Origin: Squalus acanthias
Taxonomy: Eukaryota
Direction of reading: 5' to 3'
Length of the DNA: 64,000 bases
Assembly: GCA_030390025.1 (NCBI GenBank)
Contig: CM059438.1
Coordinates: 56,236,001-56,300,000, forward strand
Below, one piece after another: positions 1 to 15,000 of this stretch. Both the position numbers and the translations under genes were made by a program. How positions within the stretch are numbered: the first letter of the stretch is position 1; each line of letters opens with the position of its first letter. Under the pieces are notes generated by a model. It did not search any database and was not told the DNA's origin. It saw only the letters and a program-made list of their open reading frames with translations.

Positions 1-3000
1 TCTGTGAGCATTATACTGACTCTGTGAGCATTATACTGACTCTGTGAGCATTATACTGACTCTGTAAGCATTATACTGACACTGTGAGCATTATACTGAC
101 ACTGTGAAAATTATACTGACACTGTGAGCATTATACTGACTCTGTGAACATTATACTGACTCTGTGAGCATTATACTGACAGTGTGAGCATTATACTGAC
201 TCTGTGAGTATGATCCTGACTCTGTGAGCATTATACTGACACTGTGAAAATGATACTGACACTGTGAGAATTATACTGACACTGTGAGAATGATACTGAC
301 ACTGTGAGCATTATACTGACACTGTGAGAATGATACTGACTCTGTGAGCATTCTACTGACTCTGTGAGTATTATACTGACTCTGTGAGAATGATACTGAT
401 TCTGTGAGCATTATACTGAGCCTGTGAGCATTTTACCGACACTGTGAGCATTATACTGATTCTGTGAGCATTATACTGCCACTGTGAGCATTATACTGAC
501 TCTGTGAGCATTATACTGACACTGTGCGTATTATACTGACACTGTGAGAATGATACTGACTCTGTGAGCATCAACTGACCCTGTGAGCATTATACTGACT
601 CTGTGAGCATTAACTGACTCTGTGAGAATGATACTGACACTTTGTGCATTATACTGACAATGTGAGCATTATACTGACATTGTGAGCATTATACTGACAT
701 TGTGAGAATGATACATACACTGTGAGCATTTTGCTGACACTGTGAGAATGATACTGACTCTGTGAGCATTATACTGACATTGTGAGCATTATACTGACTC
801 TGTGAGCATCAACTGACTCTGTGAGCATTATACTGACATTGTGAGCATTATACTGACATTGTGAGCATTATACTGACACTGTGAGAATGATACTGACACT
901 GTGAGAATGATACTGACACTGTGAGCATTATACTAACACTGTGAGAATGATACTGACTCTGTGAGCATTATACTGACTCTGTGAGCATTAACTGACTCTG
1001 TGAGAATGATACTGACTCTGTGAGCATTATACTGACATTGTGAGCATTATACTGACTCTGTGAGCATCAACTGACTCTGTGAGCATTATACTGAAATTGT
1101 GAGCATTATACTGACATTGTGAGCATTATACTGACACTGTGAGAATGATACTGACACTGTGAGAATGATACTGACACTGTGAGCATTTTCTGACACTGTG
1201 AGAATGATACTGACTCTGTGAGCATTAAATGACTCTGTGAGAATGATACTGACTCTGTGAGCATCAACTGACCCTGTGAGCATTATACTGACTCTGTGAG
1301 CATTATACTGACTCTGTGAGCATTAACTGACTCTGTGAGAATGATACTGACACTGTGAGCAATATACTGACACTGTGAGAATGATACTGACTCTGTGAGC
1401 ATTATACTGACACTGTGAGCATTATACTGACATTGTGAGCAATATACTGACACTGTGAGAATGATACTGACACTGTGAGAATGATACTGACTCTGTGAGC
1501 ATTAACTGACTCTGTGAGAATGATACTGGCACTGATCATAATACTGATTCTGTGAGCATTATACTGACTCTGTGAGCATTATACTGACACTGTGAGAATG
1601 ATACTGACACTGTGAGAATTATACTGACTCTGTGAGTATTATACTGACACTTTGAGTATGATCCTGACTCTGTGAGCATTATACTGACACTGTGAGAATT
1701 GTACTGACACTGTGAGCATTATACTGACACTGTGAGAACGATACTGACACTGTGAGAATTATACTGACACTGTGAGAATGATACTGACACTGTGAGCATT
1801 ATACTGACACTGTGAGAATGATACTGACTCTGTGAGCATTCTACTGACTCTGTGAGTATTATACTGACACTGTGAGAATGATACTGACTCTGTGAGCATT
1901 ATACTGACTCTGTGAGAATGATACTGATTCTGTGAGCATTATACTGACTCTGGGAGCATTATACTGACTCTGTGAGCATTATACTGACTCTGTGAGCATT
2001 AACTGACTCTGTGAGAATGATACTGACACTGTGAGCATTATACTGAGTCTGTGAGCATTATACTGACACTGTGAGCATTATACTGATTCTGTGAGCATTA
2101 TACTAACTCTGTGAGCATTATACTGACTGTGAGCATTGTACTGACTCTGTGAGCATTATACTGACTCCATGAGAATGATACTGACTCTGTGAGCATTATA
2201 CTGACTGGGAGCATTATACGGACACTGTGAGCATTATACTGACACTGTGAGCATTATACAGACTCTGTGAGAATGATACTGACTCTGTGAGCATTATACT
2301 GACCCTGTGAGAATGATACTGACTCTGTGAGCATTATACTGACTGTGAGCATTATACGGACACTGTGAGCATTATACTGACACTGTGAGAATTATACAGA
2401 CTCTGTGAGAATGATACTGACTCTGTGAGCATTATACTGACCCTGTGAGAATGATACTGACTCTGTGAGCATTATACTGACACTGTGAGCATTAACTGAC
2501 TCTGTGAGAATGATACTGACTCTGTGAGCATTATACAGACTCTGTGAGCATTAACTGACTCTGTGAGAATGATACTGACTCTGTGAGCATTATACTGACT
2601 CTGTGAGCATTAACTGACTCTGTGAGAATGATACTGACTCTGTGAGCATTATACTGCCTCTGTGAGCATTATACTGACTCTGTGAGCATTAACTGACTCT
2701 GTGAGAATGATACTGACTCTGTGAGCATTATACTGACTCTGTGAGCATTATACTGACTCTGTGAGCATCAACTGACCCTGTGAGCATTATACTGACTCTG
2801 TGAGCATTAACTGACTCTGTGAGAATGATACTGACACTGTGAGCATTATACTGACACTGTGAGCAATATACTGACACTGTGAGAATGATACTGACTCTGT
2901 GAGCATTATACCGACTCTGTGAGCATTATACTGACACTGTGAGCATTATACTGACACTGTGAGCATTATACTGACTCTGTGAGAATGATACTGACAGTGT

Positions 3001-6000
3001 GAGCATTATACTGACTCTGTGAACATTATACTGACTCTGTGAGAATGATACTGACTCTGTGAGCATTATACTGACTCTGTGAGAATGATACTGACTCTGT
3101 GAGAATGATACTGACTCTGTGAGAATGATACTGACACTATGAGAATGATACTGACACTGTGATCATAATACTGACTCTGTGAGAATCATACTGACACTGT
3201 GAGAATGATACTGACTCTGTGAGTATTATACTGCCACTGTGAGCATTATACTGACACTGTGAGCATTATACTGACACTGTGAGAATGATACTGACACTGT
3301 GAGAATTATACTGACACTTTGAGAATGATACTGACTCTGTGAGCATTCTACTGACTCTGTGAGTATTATACTGACACTTTGAGTATGATCCTGACTCTGT
3401 GAGCATTATACTGACACTGTGAGAATTATACTGACACTGTGAGCATTATACTGACACTGTGAGAACGATACTGACACTGTGAGAATTATACTGACACTGT
3501 GAGAATGATACTGACACTGTGAGCATTATACTGACACTGTGAGAATGATACTGACTCTGTGAGCATTCTACTGACTCTGTGAGTATTATACTGACACTGT
3601 GAGAATGAAACTGACTCTGTGAGCATTATACTGACTCTGTGAGAATGATACTGATTCTGTGAGCATTATACTGACTCTGGGAGCATTATACTGACTCTGT
3701 GAGCATTATACTGACTCTGTGAGCATTATACTGACACTGTGAGCATTATACTGACACTGTGAGAATTATACAGACTCTGTGAGAATGATACTGACTCTGT
3801 GAGCATTATACTGACCCTGTGAGAATGATACTGACTCTGTGAGCATTATACTGACTGTGAGCATTATACTGACACTGTGAGCATTATACTGACACTGTGA
3901 GAATTATACTGACACTGTGAGAATGATACTGACACTGTGAGCATTATACTGACACTGTGAGAATGATACTGACTCTGTGAGCCTTCTACTGACTCTGTGA
4001 GTATTATACTGACACTGTGAGAATGATACTGACTCTGTGAGCATTATACTGACTCTGTGAGAATGATACTGATTCTGTGAGCATTATACTGACTCTGTGA
4101 GCATTATACTGACTCTGTGAGCATTATACTGACTCTGTGAGCGTTAACTGACTCTGTGAGAATGATACTGATACTGTGAGCATTATACTGAGTCTGTGAG
4201 CATTATACTGACACTGTGAGCATTATACTGATTCTGTGAGCATTATACTGACTCTGTGAGCATTAACTGACTCTGTGAGAATGATACTGACACTGTGAGC
4301 ATTATACTGACACTGTGAGCAATATACTGACACTGTGAGTATGATACTGACTCTGTGAGCATTATACTGACTCTGTGAGCATTATACTGACACTGTGAGC
4401 ATTATACTGACACTGTGAGTATTATACTGACTCTGTGAGAATGATACTGATTCTGTGAGCATTATACTGACTCTGTGAGCATTATACTGACTCTGTGAGC
4501 ATTATACTGACTCTGTGAGCGTTAACTGAATCTGTGAGAATGATACTGACACTGTGAGCATTATACTGAGTCTGTGAGCATTATACTGACACTGTGAGCA
4601 TTATACTGATTCTGTGAGCATTATACTGACTCTGTGAGCATTATACTGACTGTGAGCATTATGCTGACTCTGTGAGCATTATACTGACTCCGTGAGAATG
4701 ATACTGACTCTGTGAGCATTATACTGACTGTGAGCATTATACGGACACTGTGAGCATTATACTGACACTGTGAGCATTATACAGACTCTGTGAGAATGAT
4801 ACTGACTCTGTGAGCATTATACTGAACCTGTGAGAATGATACTGACTCTGTGAGCATTATACTGACTGTGACCATTATACGGACACTGTGAGGATTATAC
4901 TGGCACTGTGAGCATTATAGAGACTCTGTGAGAATGATACTGACTCTGTGAGCATTATACTGACCCTGTGAGAATGATACTGACTCTGTGAGCATTATAC
5001 TGACTGTGAGCATTATACGGACACTGTGAGCATTATACTGACACTGTGAGCATTATACAGATTCTGTGAGAATGATACTGACTCTGTGAGCAATATACTG
5101 ACACTGTGAGAATGATACTGACTCTGTGAGCATTATACTGACACTGTGAGCATTATACTGACATTGTGAGCAATATACTGACACTGTGAGAATGATACTG
5201 ACACTGTGAGAATGATACTGACTCTGTGAGCATTAACTGACTCTGTGAGAATGATACTGGCACTGATCATAATACTGATTCTGTGAGCATTATACTGACT
5301 CTGTGAGCATTATACTGACACCGTGAGCATTATACTGACTCTGTGAGTATGATCCTGACTCTGTGAGCATTATACTGACTCTGTGAGCATTATACTGACT
5401 CTGTGAGCATTATACTGACTCTGTGAGCATTATACTGACACTGTGAGCATTATACTGACACTGTGAAAATTATACTGACACTGTGAGCATTATACTGACT
5501 CTGTGAACATTATACTGACTCTGTGAGCATTATACTGACAGTGTGAGCATTATACTGACTCTGTGAGTATGATCCTGACTCTGTGAGCATTATACTGACA
5601 CTGTGAAAATGATACTGACACTGTGAGAATTATACTGACACTGTGAGAATGATACTGACACTGTGAGCATTTTCTGACACTGTGAGAATGATACTGACTC
5701 TGTGAGCATTAAATGACTCTGTGAGAATGATACTGACTCTGTGAGCATCAACTGACCCTGTGAGCATTATACTGACTCTGTGAGCATTATACTGACTCTG
5801 TGAGCATTAACTGACTCTGTGAGAATGATACTGACACTGTGAGCAATATACTGACACTGTGAGAATGATACTGACTCTGTGAGCATTATACTGACACTGT
5901 GAGCATTATACTGACATTGTGAGCAATATACTGACACTGTGAGAATGATACTGACACTGTGAGAATGATACTGACTCTGTGAGCATTAACTGACTCTGTG

Positions 6001-9000
6001 AGAATGATACTGGCACTGATCATAATACTGATTCTGTGAGCATTATACTGACTCTGTTAGCATTATACTGACACTGTGAGCATTATACTGACTCTGTGAG
6101 TATGATCCTGACTCTGTGAGCATTATACTGACTCTGTGAGCATTATACTGACTCTGTGAGCATTATACTGACTCTGTGAGCATTATACTGACACTGTGAG
6201 CATTATACTGACACTGTGAGCATTATACTGACTCTGTGAGCATTATACTGACTCTGTGAGCATTATACTGACACTGTGCGTATTATACTGACACTGTGAG
6301 AATGATACTGACTCTGTGAGCATCAACTGACCCTGTGAGCATTATACTGACTCTGTGAGCATTAACTGACTCTGTGAGAATGATACTGACACTTTGTGCA
6401 TTATACTGACAATGTGAGCATTATACTGACATTGTGAGCATTATAATGACATTGTGAGAATGATACATACACTGTGAGCATTTTGCTGACACTGTGAGAA
6501 TGATACTGACTCTGTGAGCATTATACTGACATTGTGAGCATTATACTGACTCTGTGAGCATCAACTGACTCTGTGAGCATTATACTGACATTGTGAGCAT
6601 TATACTGACATTGTGAGCATTATACTGACACTGTGAGAATGATACTGACACTGTGAGAATGATACTGACACTGTGAGCATTATACTAACACAGTGAGAAT
6701 GATACTGACTCTGTGAGCATTATACTGACTCTGTGAGCATTAACTGACTCTGTGAGAATGATACTGACTCTGTGAGCATTATATTGACATTGTGAGCATT
6801 ATACTGACTCTGTGAGCATCAACTGACTCTGTGAGCATTATACTGACATTGTGAGCATTATACTGACATTGTGAGCATTATACTGACACTGTGAGAATGA
6901 TACTGACAATGTGAGAATGATACTGACACTGTGAGCATTATACTGACACTGTGAGAATGATACTGACTCTGTGAGCATTAAATGACTCTGTGAGAATGAT
7001 ACTGACTCTGTGAGCATCAACTGACCCTGTGAGCATTATACTGACTCTGTGAGCATTTTCTGACTCTGTGAGCATTAACTGACTCTGTGAGAATGATACT
7101 GACACTGTGAGCAATATACTGACACTGTGAGAATGATACTGACTCTGTGAGCATTATACTGACACTGTGAGCATTATACTGACATTGTGAGCAATATACT
7201 GACACTGTGAGAATGATACTGACACTGTGAGAATGATACTGACTCTGTGAGCATTAACTGACTCTGTGAGAATGATACTGGCACTGATCATAATACTGAT
7301 TCTGTGAGCATTATACTGACTCTGTGAGCATTATACTGACACTGTGAGCATTATACTGACTCTGTGAGTATGATCCTGACTCTGTGAGCATTATACTGAC
7401 TCTGTGAGCATTATACTGACTCTGTGAGCATTTTACTGACTCTGTGAGCATTATACTGACGCTGTGAGCATTATACTGACACTGTGAACATTATACTGAC
7501 ACTGTGAGCATTATACTGACTCTGTGAACATTATACTGACTGTGTGAGCATTATACTGACAGACTGAGCATTATACTGACTCTGTGAGTATGATCCTGAC
7601 TCTGTGAGCATTATACTGACACTGTGAGAATGATACTGACACTGTGAGAATTATACTGACACTGTGAGAATGATACTGACACTGTGAGCATTATACTGAC
7701 ACTGTGAGAATGATACTGACTCTGTGAGCATTATACTGACTCTGTGAGAATGATACTGATTCTGTGAGCATTATACTGACTCTGTGAGCATTATACTGAC
7801 TCTGTGAGCGTTAACTGACTCTGTGAGAATGATACTGATACTGTGAGCATTATACTGAGTCTGTGAGCATTATACTGACACTGTGAGCATTATACTGATT
7901 CTGTGAGCATTATACTGACTCTGTGAGCATTAACTGACTCTGTGAGAATGATACTGACACTGTGAGCATTATACTGACACTGTGAGCAATATACTGACAC
8001 TGTGAGTATGATACTGACTCTGTGAGCATTATACTGACTCTGTGAGCATTATACTGACACTGTGAGCATTATACTGACACTGTGAGTATTATACTGACTC
8101 TGTGAGAATGATACTGATTCTGTGAGCATTATACTGACTCTGTGAGCATTATACTGACTCTGTGAGCATTATACTGACTCTGTGAGCGTTAACTGAATCT
8201 GTGAGAATGATACTGACACTGTGAGCATTATACTGAGTCTGTGAGCATTATACTGACACTGTGAGCATTATACTGATTCTGTGAGCATTATACTGACTCT
8301 GTGAGCATTATACTGACTGTGAGCATTATGCTGACTCTGTGAGCATTATACTGACTCCGTGAGAATGATACTGACTCTGTGAGCATTATACTGACTGTGA
8401 GCATTATACGGACACTGTGAGCATTATACTGACACTGTGAGCATTATACAGACTCTGTGAGAATGATACTGACTCTGTGAGCATTATACTGAACCTGTGA
8501 GAATGATACTGACTCTGTGAGCATTATACTGACTGTGACCATTATACGGACACTGTGAGGATTATACTGGCACTGTGAGCATTATACAGACTCTGTGAGA
8601 ATGATACTGACTCTGTGAGCATTATACTGACCCTGTGAGAATGATACTGACTCTGTGAGCATTATACTGACTGTGAGCATTATACGGACACTGTGAGCAT
8701 TATACTGACACTGTGAGCATTATACAGATTCTGTGAGAATGATACTGACTCTGTGAGCAATATACTGACACTGTGAGAATGATACTGACTCTGTGAGCAT
8801 TATACTGACACTGTGAGCATTATACTGACATTGTGAGCAATATACTGACACTGTGAGAATGATACTGACACTGTGAGAATGATACTGACTCTGTGAGCAT
8901 TAACTGACTCTGTGAGAATGATACTGGCACTGATCATAATACTGATTCTGTGAGCATTATACTGACTCTGTGAGCATTATACTGACACTGTGAGCATTAT

Positions 9001-12000
9001 ACTGACTCTGTGAGTATGATCCTGACTCTGTGAGCATTATACTGACTCTGTGAGCATTATACTGACTCTGTGAGCATTATACTGACTCTGTAAGCATTAT
9101 ACTGACACTGTGAGCATTATACTGACACTGTGAAAATTATACTGACACTGTGAGCATTATACTGACTCTGTGAACATTATACTGACTCTGTGAGCATTAT
9201 ACTGACAGTGTGAGCATTATACTGACTCTGTGAGTATGATCCTGACTCTGTGAGCATTATACTGACACTGTGAAAATGATACTGACACTGTGAGAATTAT
9301 ACTGACACTGTGAGAATGATACTGACACTGTGAGCATTATACTGACACTGTGAGAATGATACTGACTCTGTGAGCATTCTACTGACACTGTGAGCATTAT
9401 ACTGATTCTGTGAGCATTATACTGCCACTGTGAGCATTATACTGACTCTGTGAGCATTATACTGACACTGTGCGTATTATACTGACACTGTGAGAATGAT
9501 ACTGACTCTGTGAGCATCAACTGACCCTGTGAGCATTATACTGACTCTGTGAGCATTAACTGACTCTGTGAGAATGATACTGACACTTTGTGCATTATAC
9601 TGACAATGTGAGCATTATACTGACATTGTGAGCATTATACTGACATTGTGAGAATGATACATACACTGTGAGCATTTTGCTGACACTGTGAGAATGATAC
9701 TGACTCTGTGAGCATTATACTGACATTGTGAGCATTATACTGACTCTGTGAGCATCAACTGACTCTGTGAGCATTATACTGACATTGTGAGCATTATACT
9801 GACATTGTGAGCATTATACTGACACTGTGAGAATGATACTGACACTGTGAGAATGATACTGACACTGTGAGCATTATACTAACACTGTGAGAATGATACT
9901 GACTCTGTGAGCATTATACTGACTCTGTGAGCATTAACTGACTCTGTGAGAATGATACTGACTCTGTGAGCATTATACTGACATTGTGAGCATTATACTG
10001 ACTCTGTGAGCATCAACTGACTCTGTGAGCATTATACTGAAATTGTGAGCATTATACTGACATTGTGAGCATTATACTGACACTGTGAGAATGATACTGA
10101 CACTGTGAGAATGATACTGACACTGTGAGCATTTTCTGACGCTGTGAGAATGATACTGACTCTGTGAGCATTAAATGACTCTGTGAGAATGATACTGACT
10201 CTGTGAGCATCAACTGACCCTGTGAGCATTATACTGACTCTGTGAGCATTATACTGACTCTGTGAGCATTAACTGACTCTGTGAGAATGATACTGACACT
10301 GTGAGCAATATACTGACACTGTGAGAATGATACTGACTCTGTGAGCATTATACTGACACTGTGAGCATTATACTGACATTGTGAGCAATATACTGACACT
10401 GTGAGAATGATACTGACACTGTGAGAATGATACTGACTCTGTGAGCATTAACTGACTCTGTGAGAATGATACTGGCACTGATCATAATACTGATTCTGTG
10501 AGCATTATACTGACTCTGTGAGCATTATACTGACACTGTGAGAATGATACTGACACTGTGAGAATTATACTGACTCTGTGAGTATTATACTGACACTTTG
10601 AGTATGATCCTGACTCTGTGAGCATTATACTGACACTGTGAGAATTGTACTGACACTGTGAGCATTATACTGACACTGTGAGAACGATACTGACACTGTG
10701 AGAATTATACTGACACTGTGAGAATGATACTGACACTGTGAGCATTATACTGACACTGTGAGAATGATACTGACTCTGTGAGCATTCTACTGACTCTGTG
10801 AGTATTATACTGACACTGTGAGAATGATACTGACTCTGTGAGCATTATACTGACTCTGTGAGAATGATACTGATTCTGTGAGCATTATACTGACTCTGGG
10901 AGCATTATACTGACTCTGTGAGCATTATACTGACTCTGTGAGCATTAACTGACTCTGTGAGAATGATACTGACACTGTGAGCATTATACTGAGTCTGTGA
11001 GCATTATACTGACACTGTGAGCATTATACTGATTCTGTGAGCATTATACTAACTCTGTGAGCATTATACTGACTGTGAGCATTGTACTGACTCTGTGAGC
11101 ATTATACTGACTCCATGAGAATGATACTGACTCTGTGAGCATTATACTGACTGGGAGCATTATACGGACACTGTGAGCATTATACTGACACTGTGAGCAT
11201 TATACAGACTCTGTGAGAATGATACTGACTCTGTGAGCATTATACTGACCCTGTGAGAATGATACTGACTCTGTGAGCATTATACTGACTGTGAGCATTA
11301 TACGGACACTGTGAGCATTATACTGACACTGTGAGAATTATACAGACTCTGTGAGAATGATACTGACTCTGTGAGCATTATACTGACCCTGTGAGAATGA
11401 TACTGACTCTGTGAGCATTATACTGACACTGTGAGCATTAACTGACTCTGTGAGAATGATACTGACTCTGTGAGCATTATACAGACTCTGTGAGCATTAA
11501 CTGACTCTGTGAGAATGATACTGACTCTGTGAGCATTATACTGACTCTGTGAGCATTAACTGACTCTGTGAGAATGATACTGACTCTGTGAGCATTATAC
11601 TGCCTCTGTGAGCATTATACTGACTCTGTGAGCATTAACTGACTCTGTGAGAATGATACTGACTCTGTGAGCATTATACTGACTCTGTGAGCATTATACT
11701 GACTCTGTGAGCATCAACTGACCCTGTGAGCATTATACTGACTCTGTGAGCATTAACTGACTCTGTGAGAATGATACTGACACTGTGAGCATTATACTGA
11801 CACTGTGAGCAATATACTGACACTGTGAGAATGATACTGACTCTGTGAGCATTATACCGACTCTGTGAGCATTATACTGACACTGTGAGCATTATACTGA
11901 CACTGTGAGCATTATACTGACTCTGTGAGAATGATACTGACAGTGTGAGCATTATACTGACTCTGTGAACATTATACTGACTCTGTGAGAATGATACTGA

Positions 12001-15000
12001 CTCTGTGAGCATTATACTGACTCTGTGAGAATGATACTGACTCTGTGAGAATGATACTGACTCTGTGAGAATGATACTGACACTATGAGAATGATACTGA
12101 CACTGTGATCATAATACTGACTCTGTGAGAATCATACTGACACTGTGAGAATGATACTGACTCTGTGAGTATTATACTGCCACTGTGAGCATTATACTGA
12201 CACTGTGAGCATTATACTGACACTGTGAGAATGATACTGACACTGTGAGAATTATACTGACACTTTGAGAATGATACTGACTCTGTGAGCATTCTACTGA
12301 CTCTGTGAGTATTATACTGACACTTTGAGTATGATCCTGACTCTGTGAGCATTATACTGACACTGTGAGAATTATACTGACACTGTGAGCATTATACTGA
12401 CACTGTGAGAACGATACTGACACTGTGAGAATTATACTGACACTGTGAGAATGATACTGACACTGTGAGCATTATACTGACACTGTGAGAATGATACTGA
12501 CTCTGTGAGCATTCTACTGACTCTGTGAGTATTATACTGACACTGTGAGAATGAAACTGACTCTGTGAGCATTATACTGACTCTGTGAGAATGATACTGA
12601 TTCTGTGAGCATTATACTGACTCTGGGAGCATTATACTGACTCTGTGAGCATTATACTGACTCTGTGAGCATTATACTGACACTGTGAGCATTATACTGA
12701 CACTGTGAGAATTATACAGACTCTGTGAGAATGATACTGACTCTGTGAGCATTATACTGACCCTGTGAGAATGATACTGACTCTGTGAGCATTATACTGA
12801 CTGTGAGCATTATACTGACACTGTGAGCATTATACTGACACTGTGAGAATTATACTGACACTGTGAGAATGATACTGACACTGTGAGCATTATACTGACA
12901 CTGTGAGAATGATACTGACTCTGTGAGCCTTCTACTGACTCTGTGAGTATTATACTGACACTGTGAGAATGATACTGACTCTGTGAGCATTATACTGACT
13001 CTGTGAGAATGATACTGATTCTGTGAGCATTATACTGACTCTGTGAGCATTATACTGACTCTGTGAGCATTATACTGACTCTGTGAGCGTTAACTGACTC
13101 TGTGAGAATGATACTGATACTGTGAGCATTATACTGAGTCTGTGAGCATTATACTGACACTGTGAGCATTATACTGATTCTGTGAGCATTATACTGACTC
13201 TGTGAGCATTAACTGACTCTGTGAGAATGATACTGACACTGTCAGCATTATACTGACACTGTGAGCAATATACTGACACTGTGAGTATGATACTGACTCT
13301 GTGAGCATTATACTGACTCTGTGAGCATTATACTGACACTGTGAGCATTATACTGACACTGTGAGTATTATACTGACTCTGTGAGAATGATACTGATTCT
13401 GTGAGCATTATACTGACTCTGTGAGCATTATACTGACTCTGTGAGCATTATACTGACTCTGTGAGCGTTAACTGAATCTGTGAGAATGATACTGACACTG
13501 TGAGCATTATACTGAGTCTGTGAGCATTATACTGACACTGTGAGCATTATACTGATTCTGTGAGCATTATACTGACTCTGTGAGCATTATACTGACTGTG
13601 AGCATTATGCTGACTCTGTGAGCATTATACTGACTCCGTGAGAATGATACTGACTCTGTGAGCATTATACTGACTGTGAGCATTATACGGACACTGTGAG
13701 CATTATACTGACACTGTGAGCATTATACAGACTCTGTGAGAATGATACTGACTCTGTGAGCATTATACTGAACCTGTGAGAATGATACTGACTCTGTGAG
13801 CATTATACTGACTGTGACCATTATACGGACACTGTGAGGATTATACTGGCACTGTGAGCATTATAGAGACTCTGTGAGAATGATACTGACTCTGTGAGCA
13901 TTATACTGACCCTGTGAGAATGATACTGACTCTGTGAGCATTATACTGACTGTGAGCATTATACGGACACTGTGAGCATTATACTGACACTGTGAGCATT
14001 ATACAGATTCTGTGAGAATGATACTGACTCTGTGAGCAATATACTGACACTGTGAGAATGATACTGACTCTGTGAGCATTATACTGACACTGTGAGCATT
14101 ATACTGACATTGTGAGCAATATACTGACACTGTGAGAATGATACTGACACTGTGAGAATGATACTGACTCTGTGAGCATTAACTGACTCTGTGAGAATGA
14201 TACTGGCACTGATCATAATACTGATTCTGTGAGCATTATACTGACTCTGTGAGCATTATACTGACACTGTGAGCATTATACTGACTCTGTGAGTATGATC
14301 CTGACTCTGTGAGCATTATACTGACTCTGTGAGCATTATACTGACTCTGTGAGCATTATACTGACTCTGTGAGCATTATACTGACACTGTGAGCATTATA
14401 CTGACACTGTGAAAATTATACTGACACTGTGAGCATTATACTGACTCTGTGAACATTATACTGACTCTGTGAGCATTATACTGACAGTGTGAGCATTATA
14501 CTGACTCTGTGAGTATGATCCTGACTCTGTGAGCATTATACTGACACTGTGAAAATGATACTGACACTGTGAGAATTATACTGACACTGTGAGAATGATA
14601 CTGACACTGTGAGCATTTTCTGACACTGTGAGAATGATACTGACTCTGTGAGCATTAAATGACTCTGTGAGAATGATACTGACTCTGTGAGCATCAACTG
14701 ACCCTGTGAGCATTATACTGACTCTGTGAGCATTATACTGACTCTGTGAGCATTAACTGACTCTGTGAGAATGATACTGACACTGTGAGCAATATACTGA
14801 CACTGTGAGAATGATACTGACTCTGTGAGCATTATACTGACACTGTGAGCATTATACTGACATTGTGAGCAATATACTGACACTGTGAGAATGAAACTGA
14901 CACTGTGAGAATGATACTGACTCTGTGAGCATTAACTGACTCTGTGAGAATGATACTGGCACTGATCATAATACTGATTCTGTGAGCATTATACTGACTC

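Noticed and set aside
10..15. Bacterial -10 box (TATAAT on the minus strand) and occasional TTGACA (~6784)
   Set aside because: The two motifs are on opposite strands and wrongly arranged, and there is no downstream gene.
80..86. V(D)J RSS heptamer (CACTGTG = reverse complement of CACAGTG) in every A-type junction
   Set aside because: No ACAAAAACC-like nonamer at 12 or 23 bp spacing and no gene segments. A 7-mer match multiplied by tandem repetition is a single chance event.
2212..2223. CATTATACGG resembling part of loxP (CATTATACGAAG)
   Set aside because: Only about 9 bp match and there are no 13-bp inverted arms.
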